A stretch of 43,280 nt of DNA. It comes from a virus. The stretch spans positions 1 to 43,280 of the IMG/VR virus record IMGVR_UViG_3300022204_000001, one strand, 5' to 3'. Below the pieces are notes generated by a model, which had not been told where the DNA came from, searched no databases, and worked only from the letters and a program-made list of their open reading frames with translations. This document shows, in pieces, positions 23,477-32,915 of the stretch; the stretch's first letter is position 1; every line of letters starts with the position of its first letter. The position numbers were made by a program, and so were the translations under genes.

Positions 23477-25050
23477 TGGCTAAGAGAACTCTCACTGAAC
23501 TAGAGAAACTTGGAGGTACACACAAGCCAGAGGATCTAGCAACTACTCCTATAGATCTAACTCCCACAGTAGATGAGTTAGATGTGCAGGAAGTAGGTAT
23601 AAGCGCAGAAGAAGTACAACAGGCAGCTAAGTCAGACCTTAACTTTCTATCTGCACTAGTTATGCCTCTGGTATTTAAGTTCTGTTTTCCTGTGGTATTC
23701 ATATCTGTATGGAGCTGGCTTATATCTTTCGCCACTAAGGTAAGAGTATTCCCTCAGTTAGCTCTGGGGTTGCCTCGTGGATTCGGTAAGACTACTCTTA
23801 TAAAGATATTCGTAATCTACTGTATTCTATTTACTGATAAGAAGTTTATACTCATTATATCTGCCTCTGCTAAACTCGCTGAAGCTGTACTGTCTGACGT
23901 ATGCGATATGTTAGATGAGCCGAATATTAAGAAAGTTTTCGGTGATTGGCGGTTAGGTATGGAGAAGGATACGCAAGCTACTAAGAAGTTTGGGTATCGT
24001 GGAAGGAATATAATACTGGCTGCTATAGGTGCTGAAACTAGTCTTCGTGGCCTTAACATGAAGAATCAGCGGCCAGATGTAATGATCTTTGAAGATATAC
24101 AGTCCCGTGAGTGCGCTGATTCAGAAGTACAATCTACCAAGTTAGAAGATTGGATGGTAGGTACAGCTATGAAAGCTAAGTCACCTCATGGCTGTATGTT
24201 CCTATTCGTAGCTAATATGTACCCAACTAAGTGGTCTATACTTAGGAAACTTAAATCTAATCCTAAGTGGGTTAAGTTTATAGCTGGTGGAATATTAGCT
24301 GACGGTACTTCTCTATGGGAAGACTTACAACCTATAGAACAATTAATGTCAGAATTTGAGAATGATCTCTCAATGGGTAAACCTGAGATCTTCTATTCAG
24401 AGGTGCTTAATGATGAGAATGCTTCGCAAAACAATCTTGTTGATCTATCTAAGTTACCAGAGTCTCCATATACTGAAGGAGATATACCTGGAGGAAACTT
24501 CATAATAATAGATCCTGCAACAGACAAGTTAGGCGCAGATGAGGTATCAGTAGGTTACTTTGAAGTACATAATGCGCTACCTTGTCTCATGGAACTTACG
24601 GAAGATAGACTCTCTCCAGGAGATACAATACGTACTGCTCTTACATACGCACTGACTCATAACTGTAGACTCATAGCAGTTGAATCTAATGCGTACCAAT
24701 ACTCACTACTTTACTGGTTTGAATTCATTTGTCAGCAAATGGGTATTGTAGGTATAGAAGCAGTGGAAATCTATTCAGGTTCTAGATCTAAGAACGCTAG
24801 AATACTTGAAATGTTTAAAGGACTAGCCGCCGGTGAGATCTTCATAGAGGAGAAAGCTAAGGCTGCTGCTTATTCACAGATTATATCTTTCTCTCCTATG
24901 CGTAGAGATAATACTGACGGAGTACTTGATCTCCTAACTTATGCTCCTAAGGTTATCGAGATGTATGGAGAGTTTATAGTAGCTAATAACTTACTAGAGT
25001 CTCAGGAGTATGAGGCTTTAGAAGTACCAGAATTTAACAGTCCGTTCTAG
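23476..25050 (+). CDS. terL: Terminase large subunit
   Basis: Walker A GLPRGFGKTT, Walker B DVMIFEDIQ, nuclease-domain FIIIDPATD. 524 aa. Confidence 0.85.
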   Translation: MAKRTLTELEKLGGTHKPEDLATTPIDLTPTVDELDVQEVGISAEEVQQAAKSDLNFLSALVMPLVFKFCFPVVFISVWSWLISFATKVRVFPQLALGLPRGFGKTTLIKIFVIYCILFTDKKFILIISASAKLAEAVLSDVCDMLDEPNIKKVFGDWRLGMEKDTQATKKFGYRGRNIILAAIGAETSLRGLNMKNQRPDVMIFEDIQSRECADSEVQSTKLEDWMVGTAMKAKSPHGCMFLFVANMYPTKWSILRKLKSNPKWVKFIAGGILADGTSLWEDLQPIEQLMSEFENDLSMGKPEIFYSEVLNDENASQNNLVDLSKLPESPYTEGDIPGGNFIIIDPATDKLGADEVSVGYFEVHNALPCLMELTEDRLSPGDTIRTALTYALTHNCRLIAVESNAYQYSLLYWFEFICQQMGIVGIEAVEIYSGSRSKNARILEMFKGLAAGEIFIEEKAKAAAYSQIISFSPMRRDNTDGVLDLLTYAPKVIEMYGEFIVANNLLESQEYEALEVPEFNSPF

Positions 25051-25090
25051 ACAGAAACTAACAACAATTTATCTTACAGGAATTAAACTA

Positions 25091-27106
25091 ATGGCCGGTA
25101 GCACATCATTTGTATTATCTCAGGCATCGCAAGACGCATTCATTCAATACTATAAGGAGTCATTACTTACAGTTAATGCTGTCAAGTCAGCCCAGCGTAG
25201 TAGATTTGAAGCAATAGATAGAGCCTATCAGCGCGAAGTTAATAAGACTGACGAACAGAATCAAGCTAAGTTACAAAATGCAGCAGGTAACCCTGCTCCC
25301 CTGCAGGATATAACTGTGCCTGTAGTTATGCCACAAGTTGAATCTGCCGTAGTATACCAATCTAGCGTATTCCTTACAGGAGTTCCTATATTTGGTGTCA
25401 CATCGGAGCCTGCTTTTATAGATCAGGCGCTACAAATGGAGACTGTATTAGATAACAATGCAGTTCGTGGCGGCTGGACTAGAGAACTAATGATGTTCTT
25501 TAGAGACGGTTTTAAATATAACTTCGCTCCTTTAGAAGTATCTTGGGATCGTGAGACTACTATCAATATAGCCACTGATGTAGCGTTTTCAACTACTCAG
25601 GGTAAGCCGGTGGAAACTGTCTGGGCGGGTAATTCAGTCAAAAGACTCGACCCCTATAATACATTCGTAGATCCAAGAGTGCCTGCTAGTCAGGTATACG
25701 CTCATGGCGAGTTTGCAGGATATACTGAGTTCCTGTCACGCATAGAACTTAAGCAGTTTATATCCGAGATGTCAGATACCATTGTACAGAATGTAACTAA
25801 AGCATTCCAGTCTACATCTATGGCTATTCCTGGTACCTCTACCGGAGAGACAGCAGAAGCCTATTATATTCCAGACATTAATCCTGACGTCAATGTTAAA
25901 GATAACTATGAAGGTAGTATGAACTGGCTAAGTTGGGTTGGTATTGCATCACCTAATAAGAATAAGGCTATTGACTATAAGAATAGTTTTGAGAAGACTG
26001 TACTGTATTGTAAGATTCTTCCCAGCGAATTCGGACTGTCAGTTCCTGCTGCTAATACTCCCCAGATCTGGAAGCTAATTATCATTAATCATAAGGTTAT
26101 TATTCATGCTGAAAGGCAGACTAATGCCCATGGCTGGTTACCTATTCTTATTGGTGCTCCTAAGGAAGATGGATTGAGTCATCAGACTAAGTCACTAGCT
26201 ACTAATGCTCAGCCTTTCCAGGAAGTTATCTCCTCACTCATGCAGTCTATACTAGCTTCTCGTAGACGAGCTATTTCAGACAGGACTCTATATGATCCTA
26301 GCAGAGTTCTTGCAGCTCACATAAACTCAGAGAACCCTTCTGCTAAGATACCAGTTAGACCTTCTGCATACGGTAAGAATATCTCCGACTCTGTGTATCA
26401 GTTCCCTTATAGAGAGGATCAGGGAGCATTCAGTACGCAGCAGATTCGTGAACTAGTTACTATGTCCAATATGTTAGCTGGTCAGAACCCTGCTAGACAA
26501 GGACAGTTTGTCAAGGGTAACAAGACACGAGAAGAGTTCTCAGATGTAATGTCTAACGCTAATGGCATAGATCAGTTATCTGCTATGTTACTTGAAGCTC
26601 AAGTCTTTACTCCTATGAAGACTATCTTTAAGCTAGATATCTTACAGTATCAGGGGGCTGAGACTATATTTAACAGGGAGAAGGAAGCTCCTGTTAAGAT
26701 AGACCCAGTTAAACTGCGTACAGCTGTACTTAACTTTAAGATATCTGACGGCTTAGTACCTTCTGATAAGATTATCTCAGCAGATACCTGGGGAACTGCG
26801 TTACAAGTTATAGGATCATCTCCTCAGATAGGAGCAGGATATAACATAGCGCCAATGTTCTCCTATCTAATGAAGACGCAGGGAGCTAAGATTAACCAGT
26901 TCGAGAAGTCACCAGAACAAATGGCTTATGAACAAGCTGTTAATAGCTGGATGCAGATGATGCAGCAGGCTATAGATAAGGACATAGATCCAGAGAAGTT
27001 TCCGCCACAACCTGTACCTGCGGACTTTGGCTATGATCCTACTGGCAAGGGAGAGATGGCAGAAGATTCTAAGGCTGGTGAAGTACCTGAAACTCCTGCA
27101 ACTTAG
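25091..27106 (+). CDS. Portal protein
   Basis: 671 aa, immediately after TerL. The call rests on position and size. Confidence 0.7.
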   Translation: MAGSTSFVLSQASQDAFIQYYKESLLTVNAVKSAQRSRFEAIDRAYQREVNKTDEQNQAKLQNAAGNPAPLQDITVPVVMPQVESAVVYQSSVFLTGVPIFGVTSEPAFIDQALQMETVLDNNAVRGGWTRELMMFFRDGFKYNFAPLEVSWDRETTINIATDVAFSTTQGKPVETVWAGNSVKRLDPYNTFVDPRVPASQVYAHGEFAGYTEFLSRIELKQFISEMSDTIVQNVTKAFQSTSMAIPGTSTGETAEAYYIPDINPDVNVKDNYEGSMNWLSWVGIASPNKNKAIDYKNSFEKTVLYCKILPSEFGLSVPAANTPQIWKLIIINHKVIIHAERQTNAHGWLPILIGAPKEDGLSHQTKSLATNAQPFQEVISSLMQSILASRRRAISDRTLYDPSRVLAAHINSENPSAKIPVRPSAYGKNISDSVYQFPYREDQGAFSTQQIRELVTMSNMLAGQNPARQGQFVKGNKTREEFSDVMSNANGIDQLSAMLLEAQVFTPMKTIFKLDILQYQGAETIFNREKEAPVKIDPVKLRTAVLNFKISDGLVPSDKIISADTWGTALQVIGSSPQIGAGYNIAPMFSYLMKTQGAKINQFEKSPEQMAYEQAVNSWMQMMQQAIDKDIDPEKFPPQPVPADFGYDPTGKGEMAEDSKAGEVPETPAT

Positions 27107-27316
27107 GCGCGGGTGCGTACTCCTTGGCGGTTGAGGTGGGTGTGCACAACTTACAGGGCCCCAAGTCAAGTACTTATTTTTGAGACTAGCGAAGCGGCTC
27201 AATAAATAATGCTTGATCTTAGGGAGTAAGTTAGTGCTAAGCTCACAGCAACCCACCAAGGAAGCACTCCGCCGATACTATTTTTTATTAACTACATAAC
27301 TAACTGAGAGACTACA

Positions 27317-27601
27317 ATGGGTAGACAAATAACTACTAGCTTTACAGCTTATGAGTTAACAGAGCAAGAAACATTAGAAGGAAGTGTACTTACTGGATTA
27401 CAGAAACAAGTACTTCAGAACTATCTTTCTACTTATGCAGAGGAGAAGATAGCTCTTGATTACGATCCTAGTAATAAAGAGGGCTTTCTACAGCAGGAAG
27501 CTGACCTGAAAGGTAAGATACAGCTTATACAGTACTTACTAGATAGCTCACGAGTAGCAGAAGAAAATTTAACCGCAGTACACACTAACACAACAATCTA
27601 A
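27317..27601 (+). CDS. Hypothetical protein (94 aa)
   Basis: ATG start. Confidence 0.6.
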   Translation: MGRQITTSFTAYELTEQETLEGSVLTGLQKQVLQNYLSTYAEEKIALDYDPSNKEGFLQQEADLKGKIQLIQYLLDSSRVAEENLTAVHTNTTI

Positions 27602-27617
27602 CTATCGGAGATTTACC

Positions 27618-28352
27618 ATGACCTTTTCAATCGGAAACTTATTTAATACAGCCAAGCCAGCAGAACCTACAACTCCTGCTCCTGCTAAGCCAGAAACTCT
27701 AGCTAATGCAGAGCCCTCAGTTACGCCTGTGCAGACCCCTGGAACTGCTCCTAATGGCGTAGTTCCAGATAACGTCAATACTCCAGAATCCCCTCTTGCG
27801 CAGTTTGAAAAGTTATGGGAAACTGATCCTAATGCAGTAGCTAGTCCTGAATATGCGCATGAGCAGTTAGACCCAGCTAAGTTACAAGAAGTAATGGGTA
27901 AGGTAGATCTTACTAAGGCTATTACTCCTGAACAGCTTGCTGCTATTAATGCTGGCGGAGAAGGTGCAACGCAGGCCCTGTTACAGACAATGAATACAGT
28001 AGCGCAACAGTCTATGATGCAATCTGCTGTAGTAACTAATAAGATGGTAGAGACTGCCATCGCTAAGACTATAGCATCTATGGAAGCTAAGATTCCCGGG
28101 ATGCTCAAAGAACAAAATTTATCTAACTCGTTAAACGAAAAAAATCCTATCTACTCTAATCCTGCTGTTAAGCCAGTTATAGATGCAGTTAAAGCACAAG
28201 TAGCTATGAAGTATCCTAATGCTACAACTGCTGAACATCTTAAGATGGCACAAGACTTCGTAACAGCTATGGGATCTAGTCTTAATCCTGTTGCTCCTGC
28301 TACTCCTGATGTATCTGCTGGAGATGATTTTAGCCAGTTCTTACCTCAATAA
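27618..28352 (+). CDS. Scaffolding protein candidate
   Basis: Pro/Ala-rich N-terminus, helical Ala/Gln-rich body, located between the portal and capsid genes. Confidence 0.55.
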   Translation: MTFSIGNLFNTAKPAEPTTPAPAKPETLANAEPSVTPVQTPGTAPNGVVPDNVNTPESPLAQFEKLWETDPNAVASPEYAHEQLDPAKLQEVMGKVDLTKAITPEQLAAINAGGEGATQALLQTMNTVAQQSMMQSAVVTNKMVETAIAKTIASMEAKIPGMLKEQNLSNSLNEKNPIYSNPAVKPVIDAVKAQVAMKYPNATTAEHLKMAQDFVTAMGSSLNPVAPATPDVSAGDDFSQFLPQ

Positions 28353-28395
28353 TCTTTTGTAACTTTTAATTAATATCCTAGATAGGAGATTTACA

Positions 28396-28806
28396 ATGTT
28401 TAAACGTATGATGATTCGTGAAGGTGCTATGGTACGTCCTTCAGATGTAGGTGACGGTTTACTGTCTAACTTCCACATTAAAGCCTACGCTGCTGAAACT
28501 GACGAGACTATTACAGTAGCTGAGTTAGCTGGCGGATTGATCTTCCAGGGTACTACTCTTACTTCTGACGTAATCTATACTCTTCCTACTGCTGCCTTAA
28601 TTGCCGCTGCTGCCGACGAGATGGATATTGGCGATGCTTATAGCTTCGTTGTTAAAAATTCTCAGGTAGGCGCCTTTGATGTAGTTATTGCAGTAGGTGT
28701 AGGTATTACTGCTGTAGGCGCTAATAACACTTTGTCAACTCCTCCACAGTCTAGCAACGTATTTACGCTAGTTAAAACTGCGGCTGCTACTTTCGATCTT
28801 TACTAG
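28396..28806 (+). CDS. Hypothetical head-module protein (136 aa)
   Basis: AGGAGA SD. Located between the scaffold and capsid genes. Confidence 0.6.
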   Translation: MFKRMMIREGAMVRPSDVGDGLLSNFHIKAYAAETDETITVAELAGGLIFQGTTLTSDVIYTLPTAALIAAAADEMDIGDAYSFVVKNSQVGAFDVVIAVGVGITAVGANNTLSTPPQSSNVFTLVKTAAATFDLY

Positions 28807-28875
28807 TAGACACTAGCTCTACAACAATGCTACAACTTATAATTTATATTTAATCTCTCTTAAGGAGAATTTGCT

Positions 28876-30099
28876 ATGCCTGCTGGAATGTTTAATACTG
28901 GTAATTTCACAACTGATCTCGCTAAGAAGTCATTTGCTGGAATGATTACACGGTTGATGCCTAATGGCTCAGCCCCTCTGTTTGGTTTAACTTCTATGTT
29001 ACCGACTGAAACTGCTGTTCAACACGAACACGGTTTCTTCACTAAAACAATGCTGTTCCCAGAAATGACTCTTAACGGAGCTATTGGTGACGGTGTTATT
29101 AATGTGTTCACAGTAACTTCTACCGCCAATATCCTGCCTGGCATGATCATGCGAGTTAACTCTACTTTTGAGAATATTATAGTAGATGCAGTTTTATCTG
29201 CTACTCAAGTGAAGGTTACTCGTGGTGTAGGTACTGTAACTCCTATCTTAATTGCTGATGCTATCGCTCTGTATCAGGTAGGTAATGCGTTTGAAGAAAG
29301 TTCTTTGCGTCCTAATGCTCAGAACATTATTCCTGTACGTATCACTAACCTTACTCAGACTTTCCGTAATACTTGGGCTATCTCTGAGTCAGCTCGTGCA
29401 ACACAAGTAATTGCTGGTGAAACTAACGTTGCTGAATCTAAACAAGATGCTGCTGCGTTTCATGCTGTAGATATTGAGAAAGGTGTATTCTTCGGTCAGA
29501 AGTCTGAGTCTACTCGTAATGGTCAGCCCTTCCGTACTATGGATGGTTTGATTAACATTACTAGTAACCTGTCTTACTACCCTTCTTCTTATGCTGCTGC
29601 TAATGTGTTCACTGCTGGTGCAACTACAACTTACACGCAGCTGGAAGCAATGTTAGATCCTATGTTCGATCAGACTACTGATCCTAAGACTTGTAATGAG
29701 CGCGTCTTATTTACTGGCGGTAAGGCTAAGTTAGTCATTAATAACATTGGCCGTTTGAATGGTACTTATCAGTTAATGGACGGTGAGACTAACTTCGGTC
29801 TACAGTTCAGCACTCTTACATTAGCTCGTGGTAAGTGTCGTATCATTGAACACCCTCTGTTTAACTCCAATGCTACCTGGGCTAAAATGGCAGTAGCTGT
29901 TGATCTTGCTACTTTCCGTCTGGCTTACTTAGGTGACCGTAAAACTCAGAACAAAGAGTTTAACATGTCAGGTAGTGCTGCACAGGATAATGGCATTGAT
30001 GCTGTAGGTGGAACTCTTACTACTGAATTAACTACAGTAGTTAAGAACCCTCCTGCTAACAGTGTTGTTTACAACCTGACTGCTGCTGCTGCAGGTTAA
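28876..30099 (+). CDS. Major capsid protein candidate
   Basis: 407 aa, AAGGAGA SD, follows the scaffold gene and is followed by a strong hairpin. Confidence 0.65.
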   Translation: MPAGMFNTGNFTTDLAKKSFAGMITRLMPNGSAPLFGLTSMLPTETAVQHEHGFFTKTMLFPEMTLNGAIGDGVINVFTVTSTANILPGMIMRVNSTFENIIVDAVLSATQVKVTRGVGTVTPILIADAIALYQVGNAFEESSLRPNAQNIIPVRITNLTQTFRNTWAISESARATQVIAGETNVAESKQDAAAFHAVDIEKGVFFGQKSESTRNGQPFRTMDGLINITSNLSYYPSSYAAANVFTAGATTTYTQLEAMLDPMFDQTTDPKTCNERVLFTGGKAKLVINNIGRLNGTYQLMDGETNFGLQFSTLTLARGKCRIIEHPLFNSNATWAKMAVAVDLATFRLAYLGDRKTQNKEFNMSGSAAQDNGIDAVGGTLTTELTTVVKNPPANSVVYNLTAAAAG

Positions 30100-30123
30100 T
30101 AGTATTCTATTAGCTTAACTATC

Positions 30124-30158
30124 AAGATAGGAGTATGACTAGTTTGTACTCCTATCTT
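30124..30158 (+). terminator. Perfect 12-bp hairpin after the capsid gene
   Basis: aagataggagta / tactcctatctt with an 11-nt loop. There is no clear U-tract, so it may be an attenuator or stabiliser. Confidence 0.5.
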
Positions 30159-30196
30159 ATCTATCTCAGAACTTCTACTCCTTAAAGGTAATTACA

Positions 30197-30739
30197 ATGA
30201 CTAACGCACAAGATACAATTAAAAACAAGTTAGCAGATATGAAAGCTAGCACAGATTCCGAAAAAGTAGTTGGTACTCCCGTAGTACAGACTACTTCTCC
30301 AGCTGCTATGGTTACTTCTCCTGAAGTAGCTCCTAAGGTAGCTCCTAAAGCAGTTGAAAAGAAATACCACGTATTTCATAACAATGTACAGTCATCTAAA
30401 ATGGTAACTGATAAAGGTCGCACTATCTCCTTTGTAGGTGGACAGTTTGTTACTGACGTTGAAGAAGACATCGAGTATTTACAGCGTGAGATAGCTCTGG
30501 GTAATACCTTCCTATATGTTAAAGCAGGTAAGGAAGTTATGACTTCAGCGGAACTTGATCCTATGAAGGCTCTACGTAAGCAGCACCTGGAAGAGTTTGC
30601 TGCTCTCCAGAAAGAAGCTGCTCGTAAGATTGCCGCTGGTGAGGCTCTATCTGAGTCTGAATCTGAGGTACAGAAGTTAGTGCCTGGATCTACTGCCACC
30701 GTAGGCTTACTATCTGCTGGCTCTGACTCAGTAGCTTAA
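30197..30739 (+). CDS. Hypothetical virion-module protein (180 aa)
   Basis: ATG start. Confidence 0.6.
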   Translation: MTNAQDTIKNKLADMKASTDSEKVVGTPVVQTTSPAAMVTSPEVAPKVAPKAVEKKYHVFHNNVQSSKMVTDKGRTISFVGGQFVTDVEEDIEYLQREIALGNTFLYVKAGKEVMTSAELDPMKALRKQHLEEFAALQKEAARKIAAGEALSESESEVQKLVPGSTATVGLLSAGSDSVA

Positions 30740-30779
30740 TCTTACTCCTCACATAACTGATAACTTTTAGGGTAGCATA

Positions 30780-31370
30780 ATGACTTTCGCAGAACTTCTT
30801 ACAGAAGTATACAATATAACTGCCAGACCAGACTTGGTAGATCTTACTAAGTCTGCTGTGAAGGCAGCTACCCTGAAAGCTCATCAAACAGATTTTTATT
30901 CTAAGGACATATATGAGACTCAGTTTACTTTTGTAACTCCTGGGTATACTCATTCCTTAGATTATATCTCAATCATACCTAACTATCGTGCACTTAAGTA
31001 TGCTCGTAAGTATGATTTAAGTACACTTAATACAGGTGACTTCTTTACAGTGATTACTCCTGAGGAAGTGCTTGATAAGTGGAATAGAGAACTAACTGAT
31101 ATAGTTTACGTTGCTGGCAGGGTCATGGAAATTAAGTCATCAACAGACTTTGACACAATGCTATTAGGTTGTTACGTACTCCCTGTAGTAACAGAGGTAG
31201 GTTATTCCTCTTGGATAGCCGATTTATATCCCTACGCCATTGTACATGAAGCAGCCAGATTCGTATTTGGAGCTATAGCTCAGAGAGAAGAAGCTGCAAG
31301 TCAGAAAGAGTTTGTCTCTGAGCAGTACGCAGAACTTAAAATTAACGCTCTTACAGATGTAGGATACTAG
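30780..31370 (+). CDS. Hypothetical protein, head-tail adaptor candidate (196 aa)
   Basis: Position only. Confidence 0.4.
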   Translation: MTFAELLTEVYNITARPDLVDLTKSAVKAATLKAHQTDFYSKDIYETQFTFVTPGYTHSLDYISIIPNYRALKYARKYDLSTLNTGDFFTVITPEEVLDKWNRELTDIVYVAGRVMEIKSSTDFDTMLLGCYVLPVVTEVGYSSWIADLYPYAIVHEAARFVFGAIAQREEAASQKEFVSEQYAELKINALTDVGY

Positions 31371-31381
31371 AGGAATATACG

Positions 31382-32413
31382 ATGGCAGATCCGGTTAATG
31401 TATGGGGCCCCCTACTTTCATACCCTTATTATCTAGGTAGTGCAGCTATTGCTCCTACTGTAGATGCTTTGGGCGTTACATTAGATGGTACGCATACTGG
31501 GTATATTTATTGGAATTCAACTACTAGTGATCCTTGGATATGGACTGGAGCTGTATGGCAGTTACTTAGTTCTTCTGTAGCTACTTCTGCTAACGTAGTA
31601 TCTATAGCAGATATAGGAACTTACTTTACAGGTACGGATGTAGAAGCAGCCTTGCAGGAGTTGGGTCATCTTGTTGCTACTGGTGTTACTCTTGATGGGG
31701 TTCAAACTCTTACTAATAAGACATTGACTGCTCCTACTATAAATGATGCTACTATAATTACTCCTATAGTAGCTGCTATTAAGGGAGTCTTAGGATTAGT
31801 TGTAGCTTCTTTTGTAGATGTAGTCTCTTCCGTTAATGGAGTAACTATTACTAGTGCAGCTACAGGAAATCAGGCTAAGATTCAAGGCACTGGTGAAGCA
31901 GCGGGGGCTGGCTTAATTATTGAAGGAACGGGCACAAATTCTAGCATAGATATTAATACCACTGGCGCAGGAGATATTAATCTAATAACTGTTACGGGCG
32001 CAGTTAAAGTTAATGGCCTTGGTATACAAAGAACAAAAATACTTGATACTCCAATAACATTGGTTGATTCAGCAACAGATCAGGCTGCCTATACGTCTTT
32101 AACTGATGCTGTTTTATCAACAATTAAAGCAACACATGCCATTATAAGATGTCATATTAATTTTTATACCGTGACTGGTGGTGATTCAGCATATATGAGA
32201 GTAAGAAATGGTGATTCGGCGCATGACGGAGCTGGAGTTATTGCAGCACAAGTGCAATCTCATACTGCTGAAAATGCCTCACCTCATAATACAAACGATG
32301 TAACTTTGGAGCTTGATAGTTCCTACCAGTTTGATTACAGATCAGCAAGTTCTGGGTCTCCTTCTAATTTAACGTATCAAATATATTTACTTGGATATAT
32401 ATACGAACAATGA
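31382..32413 (+). CDS. Tail fibre protein candidate
   Basis: Motif GTDVEAALQELG. Gly/Thr/Val-rich repeats. Confidence 0.5.
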   Translation: MADPVNVWGPLLSYPYYLGSAAIAPTVDALGVTLDGTHTGYIYWNSTTSDPWIWTGAVWQLLSSSVATSANVVSIADIGTYFTGTDVEAALQELGHLVATGVTLDGVQTLTNKTLTAPTINDATIITPIVAAIKGVLGLVVASFVDVVSSVNGVTITSAATGNQAKIQGTGEAAGAGLIIEGTGTNSSIDINTTGAGDINLITVTGAVKVNGLGIQRTKILDTPITLVDSATDQAAYTSLTDAVLSTIKATHAIIRCHINFYTVTGGDSAYMRVRNGDSAHDGAGVIAAQVQSHTAENASPHNTNDVTLELDSSYQFDYRSASSGSPSNLTYQIYLLGYIYEQ

Positions 32414-32646
32414 TTAAATTTATCCCATTACTGTTTTTATCAGGCTGCCAAATACATGCAGGACTGGCAGTACATCCAGCTATGGATAATCCTGAATACT
32501 CAGGCACTAATCCAATAGGCGTAGTTAGATTCACACAAAGATTAGATGAAACTGACTCGCTAGAATTAGAGCACCGTAGTTCTATACCAGATACAGAGGA
32601 AGGGTATGGATTCAATACCTTAACTTATATGAAGAGACTTAAGTAA
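32410..32646 (+). CDS. Small lipoprotein (78 aa)
   Basis: Signal peptide plus lipobox MIKFIPLLFLSGC. ATGA overlap with the fibre gene stop. Confidence 0.65.
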   Translation: MIKFIPLLFLSGCQIHAGLAVHPAMDNPEYSGTNPIGVVRFTQRLDETDSLELEHRSSIPDTEEGYGFNTLTYMKRLK

Positions 32647-32664
32647 TTTAATGAGGAACAACTA

Positions 32665-32904
32665 ATGCCAGAATTCATAGCAGCCCCAACATCATTTGTA
32701 CATTACTCAGATGCTACCTATGACTACTACTGCGAGTCAGGCCCGCGAGCTGTATTAACAGACTCAGTTTGGAGAGTATCTCGTATTAATAAGACAACTC
32801 TACGTGAACAGTGGGCAGCTCCTACTTCAGGTAGACATGCAGGTAAGTTAGACTTCAATGCAGCCACAGATCTTGCGACTGTTGCAGCTCTTGACTTTAT
32901 CTAA
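32665..32904 (+). CDS. Hypothetical protein (79 aa)
   Basis: ATG start. Confidence 0.55.
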   Translation: MPEFIAAPTSFVHYSDATYDYYCESGPRAVLTDSVWRVSRINKTTLREQWAAPTSGRHAGKLDFNAATDLATVAALDFI

Positions 32905-32915
32905 GGAATAAGATC

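Noticed and set aside
27104-27205. Read-through of the portal TAG (32 sense codons follow in frame before the TAA)
   Set aside because: The length is within chance expectation, the extension is Arg/Trp-rich with no recognisable meaning, and there is no read-through context that I can support.
26909-27259. 116-aa minus-strand ORF covering the GC-rich spacer
   Set aside because: It overlaps the portal 3' end on the wrong strand, and the Arg/Pro/Trp-rich translation is typical of GC-rich non-coding DNA. The region is better treated as an RNA or regulatory element.
27107-27290. Possible tRNA in the GC-rich spacer (starts GCGCGGGTG)
   Set aside because: No D-stem complement, no GTTCRANYC T-loop and no 3' acceptor complement on either strand. 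A cloverleaf cannot be drawn.
27602-28108. 168-aa minus-strand ORF antisense to the scaffold gene
   Set aside because: The sense gene is Ala/Pro/Thr-rich (GCN/CCN codons), which keeps the antisense frame open. The ORF has Cys/Ala/Ser low-complexity content, no SD, and interrupts a plus-strand operon.
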